From: Elusimicrobiota bacterium
GTDB lineage: Bacteria; Elusimicrobiota; Elusimicrobia; F11
Assembly (NCBI GenBank): GCA_044221725.1
Contig: JBGAON010000004.1
Span: 1-64,000 of the forward strand
DNA length: 64,000 nucleotides
Direction of reading: 5' to 3'
The notes under the pieces are model-generated. The model was not told the origin of the DNA. It saw nothing but the letters and a program-made list of their open reading frames with translations, and searched no databases. Shown piece after piece: positions 47,127 through 57,871 of this stretch (position 1 is the first letter of the stretch; each line of letters begins with the position of its first letter). The translations under genes were made by a program, and so were the position numbers.

Positions 47127-48789
47127 GCGCTGACACCCGGTTGATGAACAAGGATTCGATTTGCTGGCGCATAAAACTTATCGGCACTTCCTGCGCGTGA
47201 CGCGTTAGCTCACCAGCAACATCACGTTTGTCGATCTGACCATGTTCAACCATTGCGCGCATTTGCTGAAGATTGTAGGGCCAGACGAAGCGGTATTCCC
47301 GCGTTTTTATTACGCGATCAAATTTGGGCATTCGTTTAACAAACACGAGCGCCGTATCGTCCCAATACACGAGGGCCCAATCTTTTCGCGGAAAAACGAG
47401 ATTCTCCCAGGCAAACGCAAACGGCGTGCGACCGCGGGGGGGAATCGCGTAGGCGCGATAGTCGGTAATCGCATAATCCACGCCGTATTGGCGAAGGTAC
47501 GATTGCCAAGCGCCCCCATCGGGGTTTTTGAAAAGCCCACTGTCCAAGCGGTCTTGATCCACCAACAACGGCTGGAACAGGTAACGTCCGTCTTTGAACA
47601 CGGGGTGATGGGAGCCGAGCACCCATTCGATGTAACCGCCAAAATGGTACGTGTTGTACATCGTTCCCTGAATTCCTTGGGTTGAGACGAAGCGGCAAGC
47701 GCCGGCAGGGTACCTGTCTTCTTGAACCAATCTTTTTGGAACAGGCCGCTTGAAAAGAGGCGCCATTGCCAACGCCACCATTGCGCACGCCGTCCAGCCG
47801 ATCCGGCGCCATGTTGCGGATGAGAAACGACGGGATAGCGCGGCGTTGCTCACGATGAATTCACCAATAAAAGGCCACACGAAGAACGGCAAGAACACGG
47901 AATTGCGAAAATGGCGAGCGCCCCATACACCAAATACGACGACCGCCGGCAACCATAACTTTGCGACAGATTTATTTTTTAGAAGACCCCAAGCGAGCGC
48001 CATTACGCCCACAAAAAAAGTAAACCAAAACACCGGTATTTCGGCGAGATCCGGAGCGGCCCATTCTTGAATCACTTGCGGCCCCATAAAAAGCTGAAAC
48101 AGATGTTCAACCAACACTTCCGCCAAATAGGGCCCGTACGGATTGATCAGCGCGGCCACGAGCATCAGCACAAGTGTCCGGTCCAAAAACGAAATGTAGG
48201 CATCGTTTTCTTTTGCGTAGCGGGCTCCAATCAAAAACAGGGTGATGATTCCGAGTCCGTAGATGAACCCCGCGTGCAAGTTGCACCATGCGATCATGAG
48301 AAAAAACAACAGCCATGAAAGTATTTTCGTCTGGCCGCGGGACTTCTCTCGAGCATAAAGCAGTGCCTGCAGAAGAAGGGGAACGAAGATGAGCGTAACG
48401 AGCTCCACGCGTTCGAAGAGCCGAAATTTTATGACAAGGAACCCGACCAGGGTGAGGAACCAGAGAGCCGGCCCAGCAATCTTCACGCGCCGAAGCAGCG
48501 CCACGTACAACGCTGTCACGCCAAAACCAAGGACAAGTTTTGCGATAAGAACGGCTTTGAGTCCCATGCTATTGACGCTCACGTATAACAGAACCTGACT
48601 TAGCCATTCAAAGTCGACCCATGGGACGCCGCGCATTGTGTGGGAAAACGTCTCGGTTCGCAGGAAAGCGCGGTTCACGACAAGGGTGCGCCCCGACGCT
48701 AAATGCCACCACAAATCCGGGTCGAAAAGCGGTTGATGGATTGTCTTGTAAACCAGGGCGCCCATCCATAACCAAAGCGCACCGCTCAA
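47116..48789 (-). CDS. Polytopic membrane protein, GT-C-like
   Basis: DPDLWWHLASGR, W..FEWL, WCNLHAGF, INPYG, I.EW, W.LVYWDD. Confidence 0.7.
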   Translation of the reverse strand: MSGALWLWMGALVYKTIHQPLFDPDLWWHLASGRTLVVNRAFLRTETFSHTMRGVPWVDFEWLSQVLLYVSVNSMGLKAVLIAKLVLGFGVTALYVALLRRVKIAGPALWFLTLVGFLVIKFRLFERVELVTLIFVPLLLQALLYAREKSRGQTKILSWLLFFLMIAWCNLHAGFIYGLGIITLFLIGARYAKENDAYISFLDRTLVLMLVAALINPYGPYLAEVLVEHLFQLFMGPQVIQEWAAPDLAEIPVFWFTFFVGVMALAWGLLKNKSVAKLWLPAVVVFGVWGARHFRNSVFLPFFVWPFIGEFIVSNAALSRRFSSATWRRIGWTACAMVALAMAPLFKRPVPKRLVQEDRYPAGACRFVSTQGIQGTMYNTYHFGGYIEWVLGSHHPVFKDGRYLFQPLLVDQDRLDSGLFKNPDGGAWQSYLRQYGVDYAITDYRAYAIPPRGRTPFAFAWENLVFPRKDWALVYWDDTALVFVKRMPKFDRVIKTREYRFVWPYNLQQMRAMVEHGQIDKRDVAGELTRHAQEVPISFMRQQIESLFINRVSARVG

Positions 48790-48840
48790 AATTCGCTCAA
48801 AAATGGGCGAAATTTCGATACGAATATCTTTCCGCGTTTT

Positions 48841-48880
48841 TTAATCCCTCCTTAAGGCGGTCTTAACGTTGCGTTATCAT
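48841..48880 (+). promoter_or_regulatory. OmpR-family (PmrA-box-like) direct repeats and -10
   Basis: TTAA at 48841, 48852 and 48863 (11-bp period); CTTAAG-N5-CTTAAC; TATCAT at 48875. Confidence 0.5.
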
Positions 48881-48907
48881 CATTAAAGCATAAGGAGGAA
48901 CCCAACC

Positions 48908-49102
48908 ATGGATTCCATACAGAACTTCCGAGCGAGACTTGAACTTCTCGACTCCATGCTAAGCAAACTGAAAACGGGGCATTCGCGCATGAACCAACTG
49001 AAGCGCAGCGTTTACGTGTTGCGCGCTTTGTTGAAAGATCAAAACGGCATCAAATCGCCCTACGGACCGGCGACCCCGATCGTTCAATTCTCACTGCAAT
49101 AA
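48908..49102 (+). CDS. Hypothetical 64-aa helical protein
   Basis: Perfect SD TAAGGAGG 8 nt upstream of the ATG. Confidence 0.7.
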   Translation: MDSIQNFRARLELLDSMLSKLKTGHSRMNQLKRSVYVLRALLKDQNGIKSPYGPATPIVQFSLQ

Positions 49103-49156
49103 TTTTCCGCTGATATAATCGCCCTGTGATGTTAAATCCTTCTCAGGAGCGACGGC

Positions 49157-50404
49157 GTGCGAAAAAATTCCCTGCTGTTGGTTGGCCTGCTCTTCGGAGC
49201 GCGTGTTGTCTGCTCCTCCGATTACCAAAATCCCCGCTTGATTAACGTAAAGAAACTGGCCCCCGGTATCGTTGTCGATATTCGGTACGCTACCACCGAC
49301 AATTTCGCCCACCAGAAGCTTTATCCGGTCGGCGATGTTTGTCTGCTGTGCGAGCCGGCCGCGGAACGCTTGGCGCGTGTGCAGCGGAACCTCGAGAAAC
49401 AGGGCCTGGGCCTCAAAGTGTGGGATTGCTACCGTCCGATTTCTGTTCAGAAAAAGCTGTGGGACATTGTGCCCGACGATCGTTATGTGGCCAACCCAAA
49501 AACCGGTTCCCGTCACAATCGGGGCGCATCGGTGGACCTCACGCTCGTTGATAAAAACGGAGACGAACTCGAAATGCCCACGGTGTTTGACGAATTTAGC
49601 GAAAAAGCCCACCGCAATTTTATGGATTTGCCAGCAGCCGCCCTGAAGAACCGCGCGCTTTTGCAGAGCGCCATGGAAGCGGAGGGTTTTCTTCCGCTTC
49701 CCACCGAATGGTGGCACTTTGATTCTCCTGAATGGAGTCAGTATGCTCTGCGCGATGAACCTTTGGGAGACACTTCTTTGCTAACCGACAAATTTGCGGT
49801 GCCGAGCGAGACCACTCAGTTTATTAAGGTAAGTGTGGATGGCATGACCGCGCGGACGGGACGCCTGCAACGTTTCGAAAAAATTGGTTCCGAATGGAAA
49901 CCCGTCGGTGAAGCGTGGCCCGTCAGTGTCGGCGTTAAAGGTGTCGTTCGTCAAACCGACAAGAAAGAAGGTGACAACAAAGCGCCGCTCGGAGTTTTTA
50001 AGCTTGGCCGCGCCTACGGGTATGCGGAGAGCGCGCCCGATGGAAGTGCGTGGCCGTATCAGCACGTGGACGAGCATTGGCGCTGCGTCGACGATCCAGA
50101 TTCACCGCGGTACAACCAAATATTTCGTCCCGATCCTGCTGAGAAGAAAAATTGGAAGTCGGCCGAGCTCATGAAGCGCAATGATCATCTTTATAAGTGG
50201 GTGATTAATATTGAGCAGAACAGTCCCGCCAAGGCAGGATGTGGCAGCTGTATTTTTCTGCATGTGTGGCGAAAACCCAATTCCCCCACGGAAGGCTGCA
50301 CGGCCATGGCCGAAGAGAATATGGTGGAGCTGCTCCGGTGGCTAAAGCCCGACGCGCATCCGGTGCTCATGCAAACGCTCGCCACGATTGGCGCCGCGCG
50401 GTAG
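49157..50404 (+). CDS. D-Ala-D-Ala dipeptidase (VanX/DdpX, M15) fused to an L,D-transpeptidase-like (YkuD) domain
   Basis: SRHNRGASVD and EWWHFD; then KKEGDNKAPLG, IFLHVW...TEGC. Confidence 0.88.
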   Translation: MRKNSLLLVGLLFGARVVCSSDYQNPRLINVKKLAPGIVVDIRYATTDNFAHQKLYPVGDVCLLCEPAAERLARVQRNLEKQGLGLKVWDCYRPISVQKKLWDIVPDDRYVANPKTGSRHNRGASVDLTLVDKNGDELEMPTVFDEFSEKAHRNFMDLPAAALKNRALLQSAMEAEGFLPLPTEWWHFDSPEWSQYALRDEPLGDTSLLTDKFAVPSETTQFIKVSVDGMTARTGRLQRFEKIGSEWKPVGEAWPVSVGVKGVVRQTDKKEGDNKAPLGVFKLGRAYGYAESAPDGSAWPYQHVDEHWRCVDDPDSPRYNQIFRPDPAEKKNWKSAELMKRNDHLYKWVINIEQNSPAKAGCGSCIFLHVWRKPNSPTEGCTAMAEENMVELLRWLKPDAHPVLMQTLATIGAAR

Positions 50405-50406
50405 TT

Positions 50407-52836
50407 TTACGATTCGAATCCTTTCGTAATTCTATCGACCGCTTCTTCGGCCAGTCGCTTCAAGCGACCATCACGATCGCCGGTCATGAGCTTTTTGAGC
50501 ACCGGCACCGCGCGTTCATCGCCGACCTGCTGCAGCGCCCGCACTGCGGCAATTTGCACCAACAAGAATTTGTCGCCGGTGAGTTCCAACAAACGCTTCT
50601 GAACGTCGGTAATGCCGGGCTCGGTGGCGGCCAAACATCGGATCGCTGCCATGCGCAATTTTTGGTGATGGCCCGCGCGCGTGAAGCGGGTAAAAAGTGG
50701 AATCCATTTACGTGAGCGCGTGGCCGCAAGACCTTCGAGCGCCGCGGTTCGAATCACATCGTTCCACGAATCTTTTTCGAGCGCGTCCTGCAAAAACTTT
50801 TCGTGTTTGGGATGCAACAATGCTCCGAGAGCGCGCAACGCTTCTCCCTCAGCAAAATAACTGGCTTCTTTACGGTACCGCTTCTCGATTTCCAACGCCA
50901 CCGATTTGCTGTTGAACGATTTCACAGCGCTATAAATTGCACGCCGAACTTTTGGATGGGGCACCACATCCAAACAATGGATCAACACGAGCGCGGTATC
51001 TTCGCGCCCCATCGAGCCCAGCGCGCGCGCTGCTTCCGCCTGCACACCCCAGAATGAATCGGCCAAGAGCGCTTGGCGCAGTCCCGCCACGGCTTCCGCG
51101 CTTCCGGTTTTCGCGAGCGCTTGCGCCGCTTCGATGCGACCAACGGGATGTTCCGCTCGTTTCAATTGCAACAGCCACTGGCTTTCGGTTTTTGGAAAAT
51201 CGACTTTTTTCAAAATTGCGTACGTCGGATCGAACATGACGAGGTCCGGCTCCGCCGCCAATTTGAATTTGAACAGGTGCGACTTCTTTTCAATTCGAAC
51301 CGATTCTTTTTTGCTGTTGCTTCCAACAAAGAAAACAAACGATGTGTCGACGGTAAAAAGTCCAGTCTCGTTGTTTTGCGCGTGGGTTTGTGTCACCCGA
51401 AGGTTTATTTCTTTTTTGCCAGCGTCCCACCACGCTCGAAGCTTAAATTCCGGATGGCCGGCACCAAACACCCATTGATCAAAAAATCGACGCGGATTTT
51501 TTCCGGTCGTCTTCTCGATCGCGTTAATCAAATCCGCCGTTTCGACGGTGCGACCACGATTGTCGCGCACGTAGGTTTCAATCGATTGCTGAAACAATTC
51601 TTCGCCGAGCTGTTGGTGCAACATATGCAAAACAACGGACCCCTTCTCGTACAAGTGACGATCGAACAAATCGGTTGGGCGCTTGAAGACCTTGGTTACA
51701 ATGGGGCGCCGATAGTGTTCTTTGTCTTCCTGAAAATACGCTTGCGCGTTTCCGTACATGTGATAGAAAAATTCGTCGTTGCCTTTGTCGTGCCGCTTGA
51801 ACAGCGGATCGAAGTACGTAGCAAAGCTTTCGTTCAGCCACGCGTGCGACCAATCCTTGCACGTCAAATAATCCCCAAACCACTGATGCGCCAACTCATG
51901 GGCAACGAGCTCGTCGCTGGAATAATCCAAGCTGGACCGCTCGTCCAAAAGCGCGGCGTCGGTTTGCGTGGTGGCCGAAGTGTTTTCCATGCCACCATAG
52001 ATAAAGTCAGCGGCGGCCACTTGCGCGTACTTGGCGTACGGATAATTAACGCCGGTAAATTTTGAAAAGAACTCCATCATTTTCGGGGTTTTGCCAAACG
52101 CACGCCGCGTGTCCGCTTCGCGCCCTTTCTCGCAATAGTAATCGATCGGCACGTTTTTCCATTTGTCTTTTAGGTGGCGAAAGCGCCCCACCGCCAGTGT
52201 CACAAGATACGTCGCGTGCGGTATGTCTTGGCGCCAATGAAACGTGGCGGTCTTTTGTTTCCTGTTCGCTGTCGTGCGCAACAGCTTTCCGTTCGACACG
52301 GCGGTGAATCCATCGGGGACCGTCACAATCATTTCGGTGGTCGTGCGGTCGTTTGGAGCGTCGTGGCATGGAAACCAGTAGCGCGCGTATTCGTCTTCGC
52401 CCTGCGTCCATACTTGCGTGGGTTGATTCGGATAGAAACGGTTCGGCTTAATGAAATAGAGACCCATTGCCGGTTTGCGAACCGCATAATCGATCGTCAC
52501 ATCCACGGTCGTGCCCGCAGGAACCGGCTTTGCACTTCGAACCGCGATGGCGCCGTTCTTATAGGAAAAATGGGTTTTTGAACCGTTCCACAGCACCGAA
52601 ACAATTTTGAATCCGACCGCGTCAAATCGCATCTCGGAAGCTCCATTCGCAATGGCGCGCAACGTTGTAACGCAGCGGCCTCGCAACGTTTCGGAACCGA
52701 TGTTGAGACGCAGATCCAATCGTATGTGTTCGGTGTCGAAAGTTCGATCGGGAGCGTAATTGGGTTGAGATCCTTTCAGAGCAAAGCGTGCGTCAAAAAT
52801 TCCAGCGTGGGACCGACAGTAGGTTTGGTTTTCCAT
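50407..52836 (-). CDS. pepN: M1 aminopeptidase with C-terminal HEAT repeats
   Basis: GGMEN, HELAH...WLNESFA, YEKG; HEAT repeats. Confidence 0.9.
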   Translation of the reverse strand: MENQTYCRSHAGIFDARFALKGSQPNYAPDRTFDTEHIRLDLRLNIGSETLRGRCVTTLRAIANGASEMRFDAVGFKIVSVLWNGSKTHFSYKNGAIAVRSAKPVPAGTTVDVTIDYAVRKPAMGLYFIKPNRFYPNQPTQVWTQGEDEYARYWFPCHDAPNDRTTTEMIVTVPDGFTAVSNGKLLRTTANRKQKTATFHWRQDIPHATYLVTLAVGRFRHLKDKWKNVPIDYYCEKGREADTRRAFGKTPKMMEFFSKFTGVNYPYAKYAQVAAADFIYGGMENTSATTQTDAALLDERSSLDYSSDELVAHELAHQWFGDYLTCKDWSHAWLNESFATYFDPLFKRHDKGNDEFFYHMYGNAQAYFQEDKEHYRRPIVTKVFKRPTDLFDRHLYEKGSVVLHMLHQQLGEELFQQSIETYVRDNRGRTVETADLINAIEKTTGKNPRRFFDQWVFGAGHPEFKLRAWWDAGKKEINLRVTQTHAQNNETGLFTVDTSFVFFVGSNSKKESVRIEKKSHLFKFKLAAEPDLVMFDPTYAILKKVDFPKTESQWLLQLKRAEHPVGRIEAAQALAKTGSAEAVAGLRQALLADSFWGVQAEAARALGSMGREDTALVLIHCLDVVPHPKVRRAIYSAVKSFNSKSVALEIEKRYRKEASYFAEGEALRALGALLHPKHEKFLQDALEKDSWNDVIRTAALEGLAATRSRKWIPLFTRFTRAGHHQKLRMAAIRCLAATEPGITDVQKRLLELTGDKFLLVQIAAVRALQQVGDERAVPVLKKLMTGDRDGRLKRLAEEAVDRITKGFES

Positions 52837-52903
52837 GGAGCAGACTTTTATCAAATTTGCTCGTTGCAGAATGGGGGGCCACCCCCTACACTTAATTATT
52901 CCC

Positions 52904-53539
52904 ATGCGCAAAATCAACGTAATCTTGCTAACCGCGTTGCTCGGTTCCGCTCTTTCCATGGTTCATCCCGCCGACAAGTTGCGGCTTGGCGATATTCCTG
53001 ATGAGCAGGAAAAACGCGAACAACAAAAGAAGCGAAAGCAAAACAAAGAAGATCAAGACATGACACCCGAAGAGAAAAAACTTGTCGTCGATCAGTTGGC
53101 GAATGACGCTTACCGAAAAGGGGTGCTCGCGAAAAAAAATCATCACTGGATCGACGCCGAAAAATATTTCGAGAAAACATTGCTTCTTTCCCCAAATCAC
53201 CTGGCGGCCAAACAAAATCTGGAAACTGTCCGCCAAGCAATCGCTCAACAAAAAACCGCAGAGACACCGAAAGCGATGGCGGCACCCGCCGAACCGACGA
53301 CCAAAAAACCGAAAGCGATGCCAGCCGAAGGGCCAAAGCCTGCGCCAACCATTTCGTTGCCACCCGGAGAAGCCAAACAAAAAGCCGACGCACTGTACCG
53401 CGAAGCGCTCGAGTTAAATCGGAACGGCGATTATGAGCGCGCGTACACGGCGTGCCAAGAGGCGTTGAAGTACGACCCTTCGAATTTGCAGGCGCAGCGC
53501 ATGGCCGAACGTTTGTCCGCGCGCGTGAACCGACGATGA
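52904..53539 (+). CDS. Exported TPR-repeat protein
   Basis: Signal peptide, two TPR units (AEKYFEKTLLLSP, AYTACQEALKYDP) and a Pro/Ala linker. Confidence 0.8.
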   Translation: MRKINVILLTALLGSALSMVHPADKLRLGDIPDEQEKREQQKKRKQNKEDQDMTPEEKKLVVDQLANDAYRKGVLAKKNHHWIDAEKYFEKTLLLSPNHLAAKQNLETVRQAIAQQKTAETPKAMAAPAEPTTKKPKAMPAEGPKPAPTISLPPGEAKQKADALYREALELNRNGDYERAYTACQEALKYDPSNLQAQRMAERLSARVNRR

Positions 53540-54690
53540 GTCAGAAGCGCACCATTGTTGTTGTGGATGACGAACCGAACCAAGCAAAGATGCTGGAAGA
53601 ATTTTTAACGACGAACGGCTATATCGTGGTCGTCGCAATGAATGGGCATCAAGCGCTTCAAACGGTGATGGACGTGCGACCGGACATGGTCCTGCTCGAT
53701 CTCATGTTGCCCGATATGAGCGGCGCCCACGTCTGTGCGCAATTGCGCGCGAGCTCGGCCACGCAACGCATCCCAATCATTCTTTGTACGGCACACAAAG
53801 TGACCGCGATTGAGAAGATTCAAGGCTTTCAGGCTGGCGCAGACGATTATCTGATTCGACCGTTCGATCTTTCCGAACTTCTCGCGCGCATGCAGGCCAT
53901 TTTTCGGCGATCCGTGTTTCAGCCAAAAGCCGAGACGTTGGCGAGCATCAATGCAATTGTTAACAAGGCTCCGGCCGAACTGACCGCACCTTCGCCCACC
54001 GAGAAAAAGCACTTGCCGCCGTTGCCTCGAATGCCCGCCCCGCTCGCGTCGACGTTATCCGCGCCGACCGCAACAAGTTCCATTCCGACCGCGCCCAACA
54101 TTTTATGCCGCGTGCGCGACGTGCTTAATCATCCGTGGCGAACATTCTCAGCGGTCGGTGAAACCGAGGATTTTCTTGTCGCGATTACGCTTGTGCTTGT
54201 GACGCCGGTGATCAACAGTTTTTCAAAACTCTTCGGCCAAGCGGGCAATTTCGACAACTGGATCGGCTTTTTCTCCCTCGGGGTTGTTGTTCACCTCATC
54301 ATGTGGTTTGGGGTGGGCGGTTTGCTGCACATGACTCTGCCTTTTCAAGGCATCAACGTGCCGATGAAAAAAGCGCTCACATTGGCAGGGCTCACGTGGG
54401 CGCCACGCTGCGTTGAAGCCGCCCTGGGCCTCGTCTATGTTTGCGTTGGAACCCTGCTGATGAGCGGTGAAACGGTGCGATTTTCATCGGGCCTCGACAT
54501 CTTGCCTGGGCTTCCTCCAACGGGATTTGTTTCTTTTCTTTCCCACATCGGTATTTTTGACGTCTGGTCCGTGGCGCTGACATTGATCGGCACGTGGGCT
54601 CTCAACCCCACCAACAAACGTCGGTGGAATTCCATAACGGTCATCATCCTTGTGTCATGTTTTCTGATCGGCATCTTGTCCAATTTTTAG
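53536..54690 (+). CDS. Response-regulator receiver domain fused to a Yip1-like membrane domain
   Basis: VVVDDEP, LLDLMLP, AGADDYL; Pro-rich linker; VLNHPWRTF, then about 5 TM helices with IFDVW. Confidence 0.8.
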   Translation: MSQKRTIVVVDDEPNQAKMLEEFLTTNGYIVVVAMNGHQALQTVMDVRPDMVLLDLMLPDMSGAHVCAQLRASSATQRIPIILCTAHKVTAIEKIQGFQAGADDYLIRPFDLSELLARMQAIFRRSVFQPKAETLASINAIVNKAPAELTAPSPTEKKHLPPLPRMPAPLASTLSAPTATSSIPTAPNILCRVRDVLNHPWRTFSAVGETEDFLVAITLVLVTPVINSFSKLFGQAGNFDNWIGFFSLGVVVHLIMWFGVGGLLHMTLPFQGINVPMKKALTLAGLTWAPRCVEAALGLVYVCVGTLLMSGETVRFSSGLDILPGLPPTGFVSFLSHIGIFDVWSVALTLIGTWALNPTNKRRWNSITVIILVSCFLIGILSNF

Positions 54691-56111
54691 CGGTCATTCT
54701 CATCGCGTGGCCAGCAAACGCGAAAGGGTCGCCCGAATCCATCGCTTTATCGCTCACGCAATTCACCAACATGGCGCTTAAGAACAGCCTGCGCAGCCGA
54801 ATCGCAGAAGAAAATTTGACATCGAACCGCTACAGTTGGATGGCATCGCGTCGTGGTCTAACGTGGCCAACGCTGAGCGCCTCGGCGTCCGAAAACAAAA
54901 CGTACAGCGATAATGATCTGGGCACAACCGAGGACACGCGCCAAACCGATGCGCGCTTTTCCTTCTCACAACCTTTTCTCACCGGCACAAACTTGTCTCT
55001 CGTTGGAGACTGGACGCGACTCCGAAGTGAAACCGACACGCTGGGCCTGATTACTCCTTCAAAAACAGTTTACAGTCCTGTGTGGACCGCCGGATTTACC
55101 CAGCCGATTTTTGTCTTCACCGGCAACGAAAGCCTGCGGTCGCGCCGAGAAGCAAATCTGTCCTGGGAAAATTCACAAGACACGTATTGGAAGGAGCGGC
55201 TCAGCATCGAATTTGATGCGCGCGTGCAGTACTACAACCTGCTCCTTCAGTCGGAAACGGCCAACGTTCAGAAAAAGAAACTGCAATCCTCGCAATTGGT
55301 AAACAACACAACGCGCGCCCTCGTGCACGCCGGCAAACTGGCCGAGGTCGAATTGGTTCGTGCGGATATTCGCGCGCGCAAAGACTCGCGTGCCATCCAA
55401 AACGCCGAAAATAATCTTGAGCAACAGATGAACAAAGCAAAGGATTTAATTTTTTTGCCTACGAATCAGACGATTCGCCTTGCGTCGTCCCTGAGCTACG
55501 AGCCATTCGCAATCCCACTCAATAAGCTGATTCGCGCCGCAAACGAGAACAATCCCGATTTACAAATCGCACGCCGACAAATGGAGTTGTCCGAAATTGA
55601 ATTGAAACGCGCCCGCGAACGCGACCATCCGCAAATTAACACAAGTGGCAAATACGCGCTCACGCGCGACCGCTCGCATACAAACGCGCCGCTCGACCCC
55701 TATGATTGGACATTATCGATTGGGATGGATTGGCCAATATTTGATGCGAGCCAAACGCAACTGCGAAAAAGACAGGCCGATATCACGTATCAAAATGCAA
55801 AACGCGCCTATGAAAATCAATTGCGACAATTGAATGTGGCGGTCGAAAACGCCTATTTGGAAATCAAGCGCGCGGAGGAACAGATTTCTGACTTCGGTCC
55901 ACAAAAAGAGAGCGCTGAGCGCAACGTGAACGCCATTCGGCTGCAATACCGAAATGGCCTCACCCGACTCACTGACGTGTTCGATGCCGAGAATCAAATG
56001 CTCGATTTGGATCTCGAATATCTTGGTTTGCTCGTAACCTTTAATACCGCGCGCGACGGGCTGAAGCCACTCGTTGGCGCAGACATTAATTCGCTGCAAC
56101 AAGGAAAATAA
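54657..56111 (+). CDS. TolC-family outer-membrane protein
   Basis: SQPFL, NNPDLQ, WPIFD, YRNGL..LTDV; start uncertain. Confidence 0.85.
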   Translation: MFSDRHLVQFLAVILIAWPANAKGSPESIALSLTQFTNMALKNSLRSRIAEENLTSNRYSWMASRRGLTWPTLSASASENKTYSDNDLGTTEDTRQTDARFSFSQPFLTGTNLSLVGDWTRLRSETDTLGLITPSKTVYSPVWTAGFTQPIFVFTGNESLRSRREANLSWENSQDTYWKERLSIEFDARVQYYNLLLQSETANVQKKKLQSSQLVNNTTRALVHAGKLAEVELVRADIRARKDSRAIQNAENNLEQQMNKAKDLIFLPTNQTIRLASSLSYEPFAIPLNKLIRAANENNPDLQIARRQMELSEIELKRARERDHPQINTSGKYALTRDRSHTNAPLDPYDWTLSIGMDWPIFDASQTQLRKRQADITYQNAKRAYENQLRQLNVAVENAYLEIKRAEEQISDFGPQKESAERNVNAIRLQYRNGLTRLTDVFDAENQMLDLDLEYLGLLVTFNTARDGLKPLVGADINSLQQGK

Positions 56112-56114
56112 TCA

Positions 56115-57191
56115 ATGACGCCTCCAACGGGAATCTTTCGAATAACAAAAAGAGGGCTTGGGCTTTGTATCTTTGGTCCGTTGCTTTTGCTAACGCTTAA
56201 TTTTGTTCGCGATATTCGAGCCATCCACTCGAAATACGAGTGGGAAATGATTGATCGCACGCCGCTGCACAAAGGCGTTTCGACGCCCGGTGTGATGGAG
56301 GCTTTCCACGTCGTCGAAATAAAATCCGAAGTGGACGAAACCGTTGACAAGAAAATGGTGCAGGAAGGACAAGCGGTGAAAGCGGGCCAACCGCTCGTGC
56401 AGCTCACGCGGCAACGCACGCTTCTCGAATACGAACAAAAGAAAAACAGCCAGGCGAACGCGGACGCCGATTATCGCAAAGCGGTGCGAGAGCTGAAAAT
56501 ACAGAAAAAGTTGCTGAAAAACTTGGCCGTTTCACGACAGCAAGTGGAAGATGCCGAGCAAGCCGTGGAAAAAACAAAGGCCGCGTTGCAAATAACATCG
56601 CAAGAACTCGACCTCGCGCAGAAAAAAATCAATTCAACAATGGTCGTGTCGCCCATGAACGGCGTTGTGCTAAAGGACGAAACAAAACTTGGATCAAGCG
56701 TTTCGCCTGGGAAGGTAATGATCACGGTTGGAGACGTGTCGAAGTTTATTGTGCGAGCGAAGGTGGACGAGCTCGATATCCAGCAAATTGGTGTCGGACA
56801 GCCTGTGGAAATTCGCGCGGATGCGTTTCCGGGACATACGCTGAAAGGCGTCGTCACCGCGATCGCAACGCAAGCAGAACGCGAGGCGTTTGCAAAAATC
56901 GAAGTGCTGATTGATATCACGGACGCGGACGATCTTAAACTCAAGCACAATTTGTCTGTTCGTGTGAATATCGTGACCGAAAATATTCCGGCGAGTCTCA
57001 GCGTACCAATAAAAAGCATTTTGAAAAAAGATGGGGACGTTGCGTGGGTCACCATCAAAAACAAAATGGGGCTCGTGTTTCGCCGTCGCATTTCAATAGG
57101 AAAAACCGCTGGCGACCGCGTGCAGGTGCTTTCTGGAATTTCGGCGGGCGAGTCGGTTGGCTCGGGAAGAAGCATCGATAGGCCGCTATGA
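56115..57191 (+). CDS. Efflux periplasmic adaptor (MacA-like)
   Basis: VQEGQAVKAGQ, SPMNGVV, VDELDI, GISAGE. Confidence 0.88.
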   Translation: MTPPTGIFRITKRGLGLCIFGPLLLLTLNFVRDIRAIHSKYEWEMIDRTPLHKGVSTPGVMEAFHVVEIKSEVDETVDKKMVQEGQAVKAGQPLVQLTRQRTLLEYEQKKNSQANADADYRKAVRELKIQKKLLKNLAVSRQQVEDAEQAVEKTKAALQITSQELDLAQKKINSTMVVSPMNGVVLKDETKLGSSVSPGKVMITVGDVSKFIVRAKVDELDIQQIGVGQPVEIRADAFPGHTLKGVVTAIATQAEREAFAKIEVLIDITDADDLKLKHNLSVRVNIVTENIPASLSVPIKSILKKDGDVAWVTIKNKMGLVFRRRISIGKTAGDRVQVLSGISAGESVGSGRSIDRPL

Positions 57192-57871
57192 CGCATTTGG
57201 CGTTCGATCTGAAAGGCGTCAGAAAAAAATACGCGCTCGGCGAAAGCGCGATCGAGATTTTACACGGTATCGATCTGGAAATTCCGGTCGGTCAATACGT
57301 GGCCATTATGGGACCATCGGGGTCGGGGAAATCGACACTGATGCAACTTCTCGGATGCCTTGACGTGCCCAGCGAAGGCAGCGTAAGCGTAATGGGCCAC
57401 GACACGTCGCTGCTGACGGATGACGAGATTTCATCTCTCCGTTGCCGCGTGCTGGGTTTTGTGTTTCAAGCGTTTCATTTGTTGCCGTCCTACGATGCTT
57501 TATCGAACGTTGCGCTTGCGATGACATACAGCCAGACCACGGCAACACGCGAACGCTCAGCGCAGTTGCTTGAGCACTTTGGTCTCGGACACCGAATGCA
57601 TCACCGCCCCCGCACGATGTCGGGCGGCGAACAACAGCGCGTCGCAATCTCGCGCGCTCTCGCAAACGATCCACCGATAATTCTCGCTGACGAACCAACC
57701 GGGGCCCTGGACCAAACAAACGGACGTCTAATCCTCGACGTGTTTGACGAGTTGCGAGATCTTGGAAAAACGGTCGTGCTTATCACGCACGATGCGGCCG
57801 TGGCGCAGCGTGCCGAGCGCGTGATCGAAATCGTCGACGGCATCATTTGTTCGGATGGGAAACCAGGTTGA
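57188..57871 (+). CDS. ABC transporter ATPase (MacB/LolD-like)
   Basis: GPSGSGKST, MSGGEQQRVA, ILADEPTGALD. Confidence 0.95.
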   Translation: MTHLAFDLKGVRKKYALGESAIEILHGIDLEIPVGQYVAIMGPSGSGKSTLMQLLGCLDVPSEGSVSVMGHDTSLLTDDEISSLRCRVLGFVFQAFHLLPSYDALSNVALAMTYSQTTATRERSAQLLEHFGLGHRMHHRPRTMSGGEQQRVAISRALANDPPIILADEPTGALDQTNGRLILDVFDELRDLGKTVVLITHDAAVAQRAERVIEIVDGIICSDGKPG

